From the NCBI GenBank assembly GCA_963815455.1, contig CAWFGO010000001.1:1120001-1184000 (forward strand): 64,000 nucleotides of DNA. The letters are read 5' to 3'. The DNA comes from an uncultured Verrucomicrobiae bacterium. GTDB taxonomy: Bacteria; Verrucomicrobiota; Verrucomicrobiia; Chthoniobacterales; UBA10450. A program made the position numbers and the translations under genes. Each line of letters opens with the position of its first letter. Position 1 is the first letter of the stretch. Under the pieces are notes generated by a model. That model had not been told where the DNA came from, made no database searches, and was given only the letters and a program-made list of their open reading frames with translations. Shown piece after piece: positions 27,252 through 38,133 of the stretch.

Positions 27252-28088
27252 TCAACCAAACCGGCCGGTGATGTAATCCTCGGTTCTCTTTTCCGTCGGG
27301 CGCGAGAAAATCTTGTCAGTCGGGCCGAACTCGATTAGGCGGCCGAGATAGAAGAAGGCGGTGTGATTCGAGCAACGGCCGGCCTGTTGCATATTGTGAG
27401 TGACGATCACAATGGTGTAGTTGGCGCTCAGGCCGTGGATCAGCTCCTCGATCTTGGCCGTGGCGATCGGATCGAGCGCGGAACAGGGCTCGTCCATCAG
27501 GACCACCTCCGGCTCGACGGCCAGCGCGCGGGCAACGCATAAACGCTGTTGCTGACCGCCGGATAGCCCGAAGGCGTTGGATTCGAGCCGATCTTTGACC
27601 TCGTCCCATAGCGCGGAGGCGCGCAGGCTTTTTTCCACCGCTTCATCGATCAACGATCGCTTCGTCACCCCCGCGATGCGCAATCCGTAAGCGATGTTTT
27701 CGTAAATCGATTTCGGGAATGGATTCGATTTTTGGAACACCATCCCGACCCTTCGGCGAAGATCGACAACGTCCACCTCCGGAGCGTTGATGTCGATGTT
27801 ATCCAGTCTAATTGAGCCCCGAGTGATCCCGGCGCCGTCGATAAGGTCGTTCATCCGATTGATGCACCGGAGCAACGTCGTTTTACCGCAGCCCGATGGG
27901 CCGATAAAAGCCGTGACGGCCCGCGGCGGGATTTCGATTTTTACGTCGAAAAGGACCTGATTTTTACCGTAAGCGAAATCGAGATCGCAGATGTCGATCG
28001 CGACTTCGCGTTCCTGTTCTTCGGGCACAGGGTTGGGTTGGCGAATAAATTGCGATTCGGTTTCGGGCATCCTTATTAAGCTCACCAT
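27252..28088 (-). CDS. pstB: Phosphate ABC transporter ATPase
   Basis: [50 protein letters not shown]. Confidence 0.95.
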   Translation of the reverse strand: MVSLIRMPETESQFIRQPNPVPEEQEREVAIDICDLDFAYGKNQVLFDVKIEIPPRAVTAFIGPSGCGKTTLLRCINRMNDLIDGAGITRGSIRLDNIDINAPEVDVVDLRRRVGMVFQKSNPFPKSIYENIAYGLRIAGVTKRSLIDEAVEKSLRASALWDEVKDRLESNAFGLSGGQQQRLCVARALAVEPEVVLMDEPCSALDPIATAKIEELIHGLSANYTIVIVTHNMQQAGRCSNHTAFFYLGRLIEFGPTDKIFSRPTEKRTEDYITGRFG

Positions 28089-29104
28089 GATAAGCGTCTC
28101 CGGTATCGGTCGCGCAACAGAATCGAGCCGAGCGCGATCAACATCACTAACCCAAGAAAGACAAACGCGGCGCCGTACTGGACCCGCTCGGTATATTCGT
28201 TCTGCGGGATTTTCGAACTGACGACGTAAATGTGATACGGTAACGCCATCACACCCTGGAAAAAGAAATCGGTCCAACGGCCGACGTGCCATGGCATTTC
28301 GTCACGCATGGCGTAAGCCGCTGTGAACATGATCGGCGCGGTCTCGCCCGCAACTCGCGCAATGCCGAGGATCGACGAAGTCAGGATTCCGGGACCGGCG
28401 TATGGCAACACGTTTTTTCGAATGGTCTGCCATTTGGTCGCGCCGAGGGCGAGCGATCCTTCGCGCAATCCCTGGGGCACGGCCCGCAACGATTCTTCGC
28501 TGGCGGTGATAATGGCGGGAAGCACCATCAGCCCGAGCGTAAACCAGCCGGCCAGGAGCGACACGTTCCAGCCGAAAAAAATCACGAACAGTCCGAACCC
28601 GAACAATCCGAAAACAATGGAAGGCACGCCGGCCAGGTTCAGGATGGCGACGCGAATCAGGCGAATCAACGGCCCGTTCCGGCTGTATTCGCTCAGGTAA
28701 ATCGCACTGCTGATTCCGACGAAAAGCGCCAACGCCATCGAGCCGATCACCAGCAGCGCGGTACCAACGATGCAGGGCCAGATTCCGCCGGCCGAATAAG
28801 CGATCGTCGTAACATCGACATCTCCCGGGTGCGTCGTTTTCCAGGCCCGAAATTCCTGATCGCTCAGTTCCATTTTCTTGCCGTGATAATCGAATACGTA
28901 AAGTGTTTGGGGCCATTCGGTGAGAAATTTCACGTTCACGAACGGCGCGGTTTTGGTAAACACGGTCCGCCCGCCTTTGATCGCGATATCGAGAAAAATG
29001 TAAGTGGCGCAGGCGAGCACGAAGTAGGTGGCGAGCCGGAACGCCAAAAACATTCCACGTTCGAAAAGGCGAACGCGTTCTTGACGTGAAGCGAGCGCGA
29101 TCAT
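28082..29104 (-). CDS. pstA: Phosphate ABC transporter permease
   Basis: [36 protein letters not shown]. Confidence 0.92.
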   Translation of the reverse strand: MIALASRQERVRLFERGMFLAFRLATYFVLACATYIFLDIAIKGGRTVFTKTAPFVNVKFLTEWPQTLYVFDYHGKKMELSDQEFRAWKTTHPGDVDVTTIAYSAGGIWPCIVGTALLVIGSMALALFVGISSAIYLSEYSRNGPLIRLIRVAILNLAGVPSIVFGLFGFGLFVIFFGWNVSLLAGWFTLGLMVLPAIITASEESLRAVPQGLREGSLALGATKWQTIRKNVLPYAGPGILTSSILGIARVAGETAPIMFTAAYAMRDEMPWHVGRWTDFFFQGVMALPYHIYVVSSKIPQNEYTERVQYGAAFVFLGLVMLIALGSILLRDRYRRRLSW

Positions 29105-29105
29105 G

Positions 29106-30587
29106 TCAGCCAATGCTCATCCGGTAACGGGTGACGAAACGTTGGGCGAGATAGTTGATTCCCAGGGTCAGCATGAACAACACCAGGCCGACCATGAACA
29201 GGGCGCGATAATGAATACTGCCGCGGACCACTTCGCCCATTTCCTGGGCGATGATGCCGGTCATGGTGTGGACCGGTTGAAAAAAGGCGCCCAGTCCCTG
29301 GGTGAAATCGGGGATGGCAATCCGGTTTCCGGCACACAGCAGGACGACCATGGTCTCGCCAATGACGCGGCCCAGGCCGAGCAAGGCCGCCGACACGATT
29401 CCGGAAAGCGACGCCGGCACCAGCACTCGCACGATCGTTTGCAGCCGGTTCGCGCCTAAAGCGTAAGACGCTTCCTTGAATCCCCGCGGCACATTCTGCA
29501 GCGCGTCTTCCGACAGCGTAAAGATTGTCGGCACAGCCATCAGCGCGAGCAAACAACCCGCCGTGAAAATGTTCAGGCGCTCCTCGATTGGGAAAAAAGG
29601 CACCCAGCTCAGGAAAGCCATTCGCGACAGGGCACGAATCGTTTCCCCAAACACGGCGATACCGAAAAATCCGAGCACCACCGATGGAATAGCGGAGATG
29701 AATTCGATGTACGGTTTGATGAAGCTTTTCTCGCCGCGACCCGCGACTTCGCTCACATAAATCGCCGCAGCGACGCCGAACGGTACCGCGATAACCAGGG
29801 CGACCGCCGCCACCAGTATCGACCCAACAAAGAGCGGAATGATCCCGTACCAATCCTGCCAGAAACTCGCGGTGATCCATGCCGTGCCGAAAAGAAACGA
29901 GGTTACCGCGCGATAGCCGGCCACCGGTTTATTAGGATTCCACTGATGCAGCTCTTGTGAGGCGGCATGAAGCTGAGTCAAATATTCACGGGCGTTGGCT
30001 TTCCATTTCGCGAAAGCCGCCTCCGCGCTCGCGCCTGACAATTTCGGCGCGTTCTCGATGAGGTTGTCGATCTTCTCCCTCATCTCCGGCGCGATTTGAT
30101 CGAACCGTGTTTCGGCAGAGCGCAGTGGCGTCAGATCGACGGTTGTATTCGGCGAAGCGATGATCCTTTCGCGCAAAGCGACGGCTTCATCATTCGCATC
30201 GGAAAGAAGAGCGTTTAACCCGTCGCCCGAGTCACTGAATGCATTGGCGAATTGGTCGAAAGCGGTCAGCGCCGCGGGATCACTTTCCTGTAAACGAATC
30301 TGGCTCAGCTCCCGCGACAAAGCGGCGTGCTGCTCGGCCTGGGCGCGAATGATGCCCACATATTCGAGACCGGCTCGGCGATAGAGCCGCAGATTATTGA
30401 GATTCTCGCCAAAGAAGCCGAAGCCTTCGCGAAACAGGAAAATAGTGATGAGCGCGAGCACCACAATCGCGACCAATGCGTTGCTGCCGAAGAACGCTTT
30501 GATCGCGCGTTCGGAAGCGATCCGGCGCGATCGCGACACGGCCTGGTTGCCGGGCACAAAAGATGAAGCGGGAGCGATGGCTTCCAC
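29106..30587 (-). CDS. pstC: Phosphate ABC transporter permease with a large helical periplasmic insert
   Basis: [27 protein letters not shown]; start uncertain (GTG 30587). Confidence 0.9.
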   Translation of the reverse strand: MEAIAPASSFVPGNQAVSRSRRIASERAIKAFFGSNALVAIVVLALITIFLFREGFGFFGENLNNLRLYRRAGLEYVGIIRAQAEQHAALSRELSQIRLQESDPAALTAFDQFANAFSDSGDGLNALLSDANDEAVALRERIIASPNTTVDLTPLRSAETRFDQIAPEMREKIDNLIENAPKLSGASAEAAFAKWKANAREYLTQLHAASQELHQWNPNKPVAGYRAVTSFLFGTAWITASFWQDWYGIIPLFVGSILVAAVALVIAVPFGVAAAIYVSEVAGRGEKSFIKPYIEFISAIPSVVLGFFGIAVFGETIRALSRMAFLSWVPFFPIEERLNIFTAGCLLALMAVPTIFTLSEDALQNVPRGFKEASYALGANRLQTIVRVLVPASLSGIVSAALLGLGRVIGETMVVLLCAGNRIAIPDFTQGLGAFFQPVHTMTGIIAQEMGEVVRGSIHYRALFMVGLVLFMLTLGINYLAQRFVTRYRMSIG

Positions 30588-30634
30588 AGTCTCCCACGAT
30601 CTGAAACCCACCCGGCAGCGGCAACGCAATTAGT

Positions 30635-30698
30635 GTTACGTTTCTGTGACAAGACCGCGCCGTGACATGCTCGTCACGCGATCTTGACAATTCGTAAC
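30635..30698. promoter_or_regulatory. Divergent Pho-box-like half-sites upstream of pstC
   Basis: Minus-strand sites (plus-strand text) GTTAC 30635 and GTGAC 30646, 11 bp apart; plus-strand GTCAC 30673, TTGAC 30684, GTAAC 30694. Confidence 0.7.
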
Positions 30699-30736
30699 CT
30701 GACCCGGCCTCCGGACCATTCTATGGAACGCTCAAC

Positions 30737-30949
30737 ATGACAACGCTCATTGAAAAGAAAAAGGCGATCGCGCGGTTGCCAAACCAAAGACCACTAAATC
30801 GCCGGTCGTTCCGGGACATCAGCCGGCGCTACCTGGCAAAGGAAAAAGACTTGGAATTCGTGATTGAAGCACTGCTTTTCGCGATAATAGTGGCCATCTC
30901 AGCCTGGCCGATTCTCGCAGTCGTTGATGCGCTAAATCGTTCCATCTAG
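30737..30949 (+). CDS. Small hypothetical membrane protein
   Basis: 70 aa; basic N-terminus and C-terminal TM (FVIEALLFAIIVAISAWPIL). Confidence 0.55.
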   Translation: MTTLIEKKKAIARLPNQRPLNRRSFRDISRRYLAKEKDLEFVIEALLFAIIVAISAWPILAVVDALNRSI

Positions 30950-30956
30950 GACACCA

Positions 30957-31469
30957 TTAAGCCACTTCGGCCATCCGTTGTCGATCCAGCCAGACTTTGC
31001 AGATACTCTTGATCCGGGTGAGGACGTAGTAGGTGGTCTGGCTGCGGATGCGGACCAATTCCGCGCCGACGATCCGGGTGACGAAATCGGCCGGCAGATC
31101 GAGAATTTCCTGCGGGGTGGAACCTTCGAGGCCTTTGCAAAGAATCGCCGTCATCGCGCGGGTGAGCGTCTGCACTTCCGGGCCGAGCGTGATCCGGATG
31201 TGCGCTTTGCCCTTCGCATCGACATGGAGATAGACGCCGACCGTGTCGGCGCATTCTTCGTCCTTGCGAACATCGACCAGCTCGAATTTTTCACCCTCCC
31301 GCGGCTCTTGTTTCTTCGCGTTGTCCGCATACGAGACCAGCGTTTCGCGCCGCTCATCGTCAGGCAGCGATTCGAACAGGTTGATGATCTTGTTTAGTTT
31401 GTCCGGATAGTTTCCGCCGGAACCCGGCGCCGAACCCGCCTCATCCAGCTTCCGGCAATCTTTGCTCAT
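30957..31469 (-). CDS. SufE family protein
   Basis: ERRETLVSYA; DEECADTV; LCKGLEGSTPQEIL; downstream of a sulfurtransferase. Confidence 0.8.
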   Translation of the reverse strand: MSKDCRKLDEAGSAPGSGGNYPDKLNKIINLFESLPDDERRETLVSYADNAKKQEPREGEKFELVDVRKDEECADTVGVYLHVDAKGKAHIRITLGPEVQTLTRAMTAILCKGLEGSTPQEILDLPADFVTRIVGAELVRIRSQTTYYVLTRIKSICKVWLDRQRMAEVA

Positions 31470-31476
31470 GTACCGC

Positions 31477-31935
31477 TCACACGCCTTTCTCGATCGGCAC
31501 GTCGGAGGCCTGAAAGTAGATGACGCGCCACTGGCCGTTACTTCGTCGATAGACTTTCGTGAACTGCCAGTTGTCGTCGATTGCCTGTCCATTCAACGTG
31601 CGGGAGCGTTTCAGACGGCCGGTTACCAGGGCCATATCTCCATACATTCGCACCTGAACATTGCTGGTTGCGTAGCTTTCAAACTTCATCCGACCCGAAC
31701 GCGCAAATGCGAGCACGTCCGCTTTTTTCATCACCGGCATTTTGGGCACGACGACTTCCAAGTCATCGCTCCAAAGCTGCTCCAGAGCGGCGGCATCGCC
31801 CTTCAAATGCGCTTCGTTCCAGACTTGCTCCAATCGCATTAGTTCGGCCGTTTCGTCTGCGGCGCCGACCGAGGTCGCAATGGAAAGACAAAGGAATGTC
31901 CCAAGGAGGATCGAGATCGGCTTTGTTTCGCTCAT
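31477..31935 (-). CDS. Exported NTF2-like (DUF4440) protein
   Basis: Signal peptide; LEQVWNEAHLKGDAAAL; VRMYGDMALVTG; FTKVY...WRV. Confidence 0.8.
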   Translation of the reverse strand: MSETKPISILLGTFLCLSIATSVGAADETAELMRLEQVWNEAHLKGDAAALEQLWSDDLEVVVPKMPVMKKADVLAFARSGRMKFESYATSNVQVRMYGDMALVTGRLKRSRTLNGQAIDDNWQFTKVYRRSNGQWRVIYFQASDVPIEKGV

Positions 31936-31943
31936 TATTATGA

Positions 31944-32019
31944 GTAGGACATTGCTGCGTGTTGCCTGCTTCGGCAGGCGGGACGCCCGCCGGCCCCACA
32001 GGCAGGATGCCTGTGCTAC
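31944..32019. repeat. GTAG-type REP-like element; its GTAG supplies the sulfurtransferase stop
   Basis: Minus-strand GTAGCACAGGCATCCTGCCTGTGGGGCCGGCGGGCGTCCCGCCTGCC; sibling of 1463-1555. Confidence 0.85.
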
Positions 32020-32882
32020 GCGGATTTCTCAATCGGAGCGCCGACCTTGTTGCCCCATTCGGTCCAGGAACCATCGTAATTACGAACATTCTCAAGCCCA
32101 AGCAGATACGTGAGCACAAACCAGGTGTGGCTCGAACGCTCGCCGATCCGGCAATACACAAGTGTGTCCACGCCGGGTTTGATGCCGCATTGCTCGAAAT
32201 AAATTTTCGCCAGTTCCGACGCCGACTTGAATGTGGCGTCGTCGTTTGTCGCCGTCTTCCACGGGACGCTCTTTGCCCCGGGAATATGGCCGCCCCGCAG
32301 CACGCCTTCCTGAGGATATTCGGGCATGTGGGTGACCTCGCCGCGGTACTCGCCGGGTGAGCGCACGTCGATCAGCGGTTTGCCGGCCTTGCTGTGTGAC
32401 AGCGCTTCGTTAAAGAAAGCGCGAATCTCCTTGTCGAATCGCTTTTTCGGCACCGGATAATCCGACTGGGGATAGGTCGATTGTTCGCGCGTCATCTTCC
32501 GGCCTTCTGCTTTCCATTTGTCGCGGCCGCCATTTAAGATCTTCACCTTGTCGTGTCCTTGGAGACGGAATGCCCAAAGCGCGTAACAGGCCCACCAGTT
32601 TGCCTTGTCACCGTAAAAGATGCAGGTCGTATCCGGCGTGATGCCGTGCCGGCTGCAAAGCCGCGAAAATTTCTCGGGGGAAATGTAATCGCGAACGACC
32701 TGGTCCTGAAGATCGGCCCGCCAATCGATGTGGACCGCACCTGGGATATGACCGGTGTCGTAGAGGAGCAAGTCTTCGTTCGACTCAACAATCCGGATCC
32801 CGTCGTCATTTAGATGTTTCTCGAGCCAGTCGGTTTCCACCAACGCCTCCGGATGCGCGTATTGGGTGGGATGCATAGCCAT
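32016..32882 (-). CDS. Thiosulfate sulfurtransferase (tandem rhodanese)
   Basis: [36 protein letters not shown]. Confidence 0.93.
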   Translation of the reverse strand: MAMHPTQYAHPEALVETDWLEKHLNDDGIRIVESNEDLLLYDTGHIPGAVHIDWRADLQDQVVRDYISPEKFSRLCSRHGITPDTTCIFYGDKANWWACYALWAFRLQGHDKVKILNGGRDKWKAEGRKMTREQSTYPQSDYPVPKKRFDKEIRAFFNEALSHSKAGKPLIDVRSPGEYRGEVTHMPEYPQEGVLRGGHIPGAKSVPWKTATNDDATFKSASELAKIYFEQCGIKPGVDTLVYCRIGERSSHTWFVLTYLLGLENVRNYDGSWTEWGNKVGAPIEKSA

Positions 32883-32947
32883 GCAGAACTCTGCCGCGAC
32901 GTGAAGGTTGTTGCAACCCGGTTGCGGCCGGGCTTGTCCGAAGAACT

Positions 32948-33718
32948 CTACGGCTTCTTGATTAAGGGCGTAAAGATGTCGATCGGGATGGGGAGAAATG
33001 TCGTGGTGTTATGCTCGCTGGATATTTCCCGCATGGTTTGAAGGAAACGCAGTTGGAGCGCGATCGGTTCCTTGCTCATCATCGCCGCGGCCTGCACCAT
33101 CTTTTCCGCGGCCTGAAATTCGCCCTCGGCGTTTACGACCTTGGCCCGCCGCTCCCTCTCCGCCTCGGCTTGCTTTGCCATCGCGCGTTTCATCGTATCC
33201 GGCAGCGCGACATCCTTGACCTCGACCGCGGTGACCTTGATTCCCCACGGGTCAGTTTGCCGATCGATAATCTCTTGCAGGGTGAGATTGATTTTTTCGC
33301 GGTGGGCCAGCAACTCGTCCAACTCGGCTTGACCGAGCACGCTGCGCAGGGTCGTTTGGGCGATCAGCGATGTGGCTTTCAGGAAATTCTCGACCTTCAC
33401 CACAGCCGCCTGGGGATCGATCACCCGAAAGTAGAGCACAGCGTCCACGCTCACCGGCACGTTATCGCGCGTCATGACTTCCTGGCGCGCTACGTCGATG
33501 GTCACGACTCGCAAATCCATTTTCACCATGCGATCGACGATCGGGATGAGAAAAATCAGGCCTGGTCCCTTTGCTCCGAGCAATTTTCCGAGCCGAAAAA
33601 TCACGCCGCGCTCGTACTCGCGCAGGACGCGGATTGCCTGCGGCAGAATGATGATTGCGAGAATAATGACCGGGACGGCCCAGCTGAATAATCTTGGCAG
33701 TGCTTCAATGAGTTCCAT
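32948..33718 (-). CDS. Slipin/SPFH (stomatin-like) protein
   Basis: [26 protein letters not shown]. Confidence 0.93.
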   Translation of the reverse strand: MELIEALPRLFSWAVPVIILAIIILPQAIRVLREYERGVIFRLGKLLGAKGPGLIFLIPIVDRMVKMDLRVVTIDVARQEVMTRDNVPVSVDAVLYFRVIDPQAAVVKVENFLKATSLIAQTTLRSVLGQAELDELLAHREKINLTLQEIIDRQTDPWGIKVTAVEVKDVALPDTMKRAMAKQAEAERERRAKVVNAEGEFQAAEKMVQAAAMMSKEPIALQLRFLQTMREISSEHNTTTFLPIPIDIFTPLIKKP

Positions 33719-33722
33719 GGTT

Positions 33723-35006
33723 TTATGCTCCTCGGTTCTTAACTTTCAGCGTGAGTCCTTTTACCGCGACAATTTCCGCCGGCCCATCCTTTTCGATGGG
33801 CGAATCGCTCACCGCGTTCCAATACTCGCCTTCGACAAAAATCCGGCCGCCGTGCAAATCGATAGGCGTAAGAGCGGTAACCGCTCTCCCAATCAGCGAT
33901 TCCGCTCCCACCTTTACTGACAGACGCTGGGCCCGGAGACCTTTCCCTATCACGAAAATAAAGAACGCGGCCGTGACCAGTGTTGCCGGAATAATGTAAC
34001 TGAGAGACAATCGAAAGAGCGGGCCGGCGTGGTTGAAAAGCATGAGCGAGCCAATCAGGAATGAAATGATGCCACCCACCGTGAGCACGCCGTGCGTCGG
34101 CGCGAAGACGTCGAAGATGAAAAGCATGATTGCGAGCGCGATTAATACTAGCCCGGTCGTGTTCACCGGAAGGATCGCCGCCATGTAAAGGAAAAGGACC
34201 AACGCAATCGCTCCGGCAACCCCGGGCAGGATCGCGCCGGGTGTAGTCACTTCGGCAATGATTCCGTACATGGCAACGAGCATGAGAATGAACATTACTT
34301 CGGGCCGCCAAAGCCTTTGGAAAATGCGTTCGGAAGGCGACATCGTGATTTCCACTACTTCCGCGCCGGCGGTCCTGAGCGTTTTGCCGTCGACGACGCG
34401 CCCATTGATCTGCTTTAGCAGATCGGGCAGATCGCTCGCGATAAGATCGACAACCTTCAATTCGAGCGCTTTGGTGGAGCTGATCGAGGCGCTTTCTTTT
34501 ACGGCCGACTTGGCCCACTCGACATTCCGCTGCCGTTTGCCCGCGATCGCCTCCATGTAGCTAACGGAAAAATTCTCGAGCTTTTGCTTCATTGTGTCGT
34601 CGGTCTTTTCTTCGCCACCGCCGGGAAAGCCGCCGATCGAAACAGGATGGGCGGCGCCAATCGTTGTAGCCGGGGCCATAGCCGCAACGCTAGCGGCGAC
34701 GGTGATGAAACATCCCGCGCTGGTGGCTGTCGCGCCGGTCGGAGCGACATACACCACCACCGGCACCGGTGATCCGAGGAAGCTCTGGACAATTTTCTGG
34801 GTCGAATCGAGCAGCCCACCCGGCGTGTTGAGCTGAAGAACCAGACATTGCGAGCCTTGGGTGTGCGCTTGGTCGATGCTGCGGGCGATGTAGCTGGCCG
34901 TGGCCGGGCCGATAGCGCCGTCGATATTGATAAACGAAACTTTCTCCGCCGCGAAGACCGACGCACCCAACAACCACAGGGCCAAGCCTGCAAAGACAGT
35001 TTTCAT
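33723..35006 (-). CDS. nfeD: NfeD family membrane-bound serine protease
   Basis: LNTPGG, ATSAG, IGAAHPV; C-terminal OB fold (GRIFVEGEYWNA); paired with slipin. Confidence 0.9.
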   Translation of the reverse strand: MKTVFAGLALWLLGASVFAAEKVSFINIDGAIGPATASYIARSIDQAHTQGSQCLVLQLNTPGGLLDSTQKIVQSFLGSPVPVVVYVAPTGATATSAGCFITVAASVAAMAPATTIGAAHPVSIGGFPGGGEEKTDDTMKQKLENFSVSYMEAIAGKRQRNVEWAKSAVKESASISSTKALELKVVDLIASDLPDLLKQINGRVVDGKTLRTAGAEVVEITMSPSERIFQRLWRPEVMFILMLVAMYGIIAEVTTPGAILPGVAGAIALVLFLYMAAILPVNTTGLVLIALAIMLFIFDVFAPTHGVLTVGGIISFLIGSLMLFNHAGPLFRLSLSYIIPATLVTAAFFIFVIGKGLRAQRLSVKVGAESLIGRAVTALTPIDLHGGRIFVEGEYWNAVSDSPIEKDGPAEIVAVKGLTLKVKNRGA

Positions 35007-35128
35007 CCCAATGCGACTAAGTTCGTCCCGGTCGTCTGTTGAAACAAGCGCAACCACGCGGCCGCCTGGAGCGCTGCTCTTCAGCTGATACAGCGCCGGG
35101 GGGAACGGCTTCTGCTTTGGCACCCACC

Positions 35129-35923
35129 ATGAAGTATCACGTTAGCCTCCTTGGCGCGTTCGCCTTCTCTTGCCTGTCCATCGTTCAACCCGCCCAAGCA
35201 ACCGTGGTACCGTGGGGCTCTCTTACTTGGACTCCTGGTTCGCTCAGCAATTCCTACGATGTCGATCCTGGCAGTGCCGGTAATGACGTGACCGTGACGG
35301 CAACCGGCGATACCGGCCAGTTCGTGCAAGCCTTGGGTAGTGGTCAGCAAACGCCGGCCATTACGTCGGATCTTACCGGTGGCTTCAGTCCGGTTCATCC
35401 GTCACTTCAATTCTCGATGGACCAGACGACCAATCTGCAAAGCATCACCATAACGATAGATTTCTCGAACATGTACGCCACGGGCGTGGCCAATGTTTCC
35501 TTCAACTTGTTCGACATCGATACCCGAAACAGCGGCGGCAACACCTACCAGGATCTGATCAGCAACATCATCGGCACTTCAGCGACCGGCACTTCAATCG
35601 CTCCCACGATTACAGGTGTTGGATCCGGCGTAACCCTCAGCGGTTCGGGCCTGGCTCAGCTTCTCACCGGGAATGCGACGGTCGCGGATAATTCCTCCAA
35701 CGGCAATGCCACGATCACATTCAGCGCCACAAACATTCGCTCGGTCTCATTTACTTACGGCGGGACCCCGCTTTACCCGACTCCCACTTATCAGCACATC
35801 GCGCTCGACAATATTACTTACAGCGTCGTGCCCGAAACCAATCCGGGCTGGGTCTGCGCGGCCGGATGCGGTCTGCTTGCCTTGGGGACGTTGCGGCGCC
35901 GTCTGAGCTGGCACCGGCTGTAA
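35129..35923 (+). CDS. Exported protein with a PEP-CTERM-like sorting signal
   Basis: Signal peptide; S/T/N-rich body; C-terminal VVPETNPG, hydrophobic stretch, RRR. Confidence 0.75.
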   Translation: MKYHVSLLGAFAFSCLSIVQPAQATVVPWGSLTWTPGSLSNSYDVDPGSAGNDVTVTATGDTGQFVQALGSGQQTPAITSDLTGGFSPVHPSLQFSMDQTTNLQSITITIDFSNMYATGVANVSFNLFDIDTRNSGGNTYQDLISNIIGTSATGTSIAPTITGVGSGVTLSGSGLAQLLTGNATVADNSSNGNATITFSATNIRSVSFTYGGTPLYPTPTYQHIALDNITYSVVPETNPGWVCAAGCGLLALGTLRRRLSWHRL

Positions 35924-35995
35924 GCCGCCCCAGATAGCCGAAACTCCGGCGCACCTTTACCTGGCCGCGGGCCTGCGTACCTTGGTCGCCCATCC

Positions 35996-37039
35996 ATGGC
36001 AGTAACGGAAGAACAAATTAAACAGGCGCTCAGCGGAGTGAAGTACCCGGGGTTTAGCCGGGACATTGTTTCATTCGGCCTGGTGAAGGGCGTGAGCATC
36101 GACAACGGCGATGTAAGAGTGCAACTGGCCCTGGCCACGAACGATCCAAACGTCCCCGCAACGATAAAAAACGATGCCGAAAAAGTTTTGCGCGGCATCA
36201 CAGGAGTCCAGGACGCGCGGGTCTTAATAGATATCCACGCGCCCCCGGCCGGCGCGGGTGCGGCTGGGATGGTGACAACGCGAATCCCCGGCATCAAACA
36301 CGTGATCGCAGTGGCCAGCGGCAAGGGCGGCGTCGGCAAATCGACGGTCGCGGCGAATCTGGCGGTCGCGCTTCACGAAAAAAATGCGCGGGTCGGCCTG
36401 TGCGATTGCGACATTTATGGACCGAGCATCTCGCTCATGTTTGGCATCCGGGAGCGCCCAATGGCGACGGAGGAAAACAAAATCGTTCCGATCGAGCAAT
36501 ATGGGCTGCGGCTGATGTCGATGGGTTTTCTGCTCGATGATGCGTCACCCGCGATCTTGCGCGGGCCCATGGTCACCCGTTATACCCAGCAGTTTCTGCG
36601 ACAAGTCGAGTGGGGCGAACTCGATTATCTGGTGCTCGATCTTCCGCCCGGCACCGGCGATATTCAGTTGACTATTGTCCAAACCGTCGCGCTTTCCGGG
36701 GCGGTCATCGTAACTACGCCGCAGGAAGTCGCTCTGATCGACGCGCGCAAGGCGGCCACGATGTTCGAGAAGGTCAACGTCCCGGTCCTTGGTCTCATTG
36801 AAAACATGAGCTACTTCGTCTGCCCGGGAGACGGCAAACGTTACGACATCTTCGGCAGCGGCGGCGGCGAACGCGAAGCGAAGCGGTTGCGGGTCCCGCT
36901 GCTCGGCCAAATCCCAATCGATATTCCCACTCGGGAAGCGGGCGACCGCGGGATGCCGATCGTCGGCGAAGATCGAAAATCGCCTGTGACGGCGGAGTTC
37001 CTCAAGATCGCCCAAGCGCTTCGCGAGAAGCTGGCTTGA
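35996..37039 (+). CDS. mrp: Mrp/ApbC Fe-S cluster carrier ATPase
   Basis: SGKGGVGKST, DIYGPS, DLPPGTGD, ENMSYFVCP. Confidence 0.93.
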   Translation: MAVTEEQIKQALSGVKYPGFSRDIVSFGLVKGVSIDNGDVRVQLALATNDPNVPATIKNDAEKVLRGITGVQDARVLIDIHAPPAGAGAAGMVTTRIPGIKHVIAVASGKGGVGKSTVAANLAVALHEKNARVGLCDCDIYGPSISLMFGIRERPMATEENKIVPIEQYGLRLMSMGFLLDDASPAILRGPMVTRYTQQFLRQVEWGELDYLVLDLPPGTGDIQLTIVQTVALSGAVIVTTPQEVALIDARKAATMFEKVNVPVLGLIENMSYFVCPGDGKRYDIFGSGGGEREAKRLRVPLLGQIPIDIPTREAGDRGMPIVGEDRKSPVTAEFLKIAQALREKLA

Positions 37040-37049
37040 TACAGACCGC

Positions 37050-37123
37050 TGCGGCGTGCGCTGTCCTCAGCGCATCGGCGGAGGGGCACCGCAGGGAATC
37101 CGCTGAGGACAGCGGACGCTACA
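37050..37123. repeat. GTAG-type REP-like inverted pair
   Basis: TGCGGCGTGCGCTGTCCTCAGCGCA and TCCGCTGAGGACAGCGGACGCTACA. Confidence 0.8.
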
Positions 37124-37252
37124 TCCTGGCATTCATCGATAACATGCTGGACGAATGGTAATTGGCCGCAGATCGATACATCCATTTAGATAGGTATGGC
37201 CGATGCTTCGTCAAAAGAGGTGGATACTTTTGATTGACCAATTCTCGTTTTT

Positions 37253-37498
37253 ATGGAAAAGAATTCCTCCATGCCTCCTACTCAAGAGGAGAAGTCCCAG
37301 TTCGTTAAGAACTCGGTGCTTTACAAACAGTTTCTGGCGGAGCGCGAGGAGATCCTGAAGCACAAATGGATCGAGAGCGAAAAGGCCGGTAAAGACATCG
37401 GCTTTGAAAAGGCTTTGCTCGACTGGATCGTGAAACATCGCTCCAGTTGGCGAGACCGGCGAATCAAGGAGGCGCGCACCGAAAAAGCCGCCTCCTAA
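37253..37498 (+). CDS. Small DUF4032-like protein
   Basis: EREEILKHKWIESEKAGKDIGFEKALLDW. Confidence 0.75.
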   Translation: MEKNSSMPPTQEEKSQFVKNSVLYKQFLAEREEILKHKWIESEKAGKDIGFEKALLDWIVKHRSSWRDRRIKEARTEKAAS

Positions 37499-37545
37499 AT
37501 TTTTTGTTCCTTTAACGCGATCCGGTGAGATCGCCAAGGAGCTCA

Positions 37546-38133
37546 ATGAAAGACCGACCAGAAAACTCTGCCTCGTCACGCCGTAACCTGGCGAAGGAGG
37601 ACGCCGTGCCGATCATGGACGCGGCCGCCATTCAACGCGCCCTGCGCCGCGTCGCGCACGAAATTGTCGAGCGCAACCCCGACTTGCGTTCGGTGGTGCT
37701 TGCGGGAATTCCGTCTCGGGGCATTGAGATCGCGCAACGCATCGCCGAATTCATCCACGGGATCGAGAAGATCGACATCGACACCGGCGTAATCGATGTG
37801 GCCATGCACCGCGATGACGTTGGCACCCGATCGGAATTGCCGATTGTGCGTGAATCGAAGCTGCCGCTGCCACTCGAAGGCCGCACCCTGATCATTGTCG
37901 ATGATGTCCTTTTCACCGGCCGGACTGTGCGCGCGGCCATGGACGCGATTAGCTCGTTCGGCCGGCCCGCCCGGATTCAGCTGGCCGTGTTAATCGATCG
38001 CGGTCATCGCGAGCTACCCATCCGCGCCGATTACGTCGGAAAAAATCTACCCACCAGCGCAAACGAGAAAATTCGCGTCCGCCTCGAGCAAACCGACAAC
38101 GCACCGGACACAGTGCATTTGGAGAAGGAATGA
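37546..38133 (+). CDS. pyrR: PyrR / uracil phosphoribosyltransferase
   Basis: IVDDVLFTGRTVRAA; DRGHRELPIRADYVGKN. Confidence 0.93.
   Translation: MKDRPENSASSRRNLAKEDAVPIMDAAAIQRALRRVAHEIVERNPDLRSVVLAGIPSRGIEIAQRIAEFIHGIEKIDIDTGVIDVAMHRDDVGTRSELPIVRESKLPLPLEGRTLIIVDDVLFTGRTVRAAMDAISSFGRPARIQLAVLIDRGHRELPIRADYVGKNLPTSANEKIRVRLEQTDNAPDTVHLEKE

Noticed and set aside
37125..37250. Possible structured RNA upstream of the DUF4032-like gene (TCAAAAG...CTTTTGA)
   Set aside because: Only short stems; insufficient evidence
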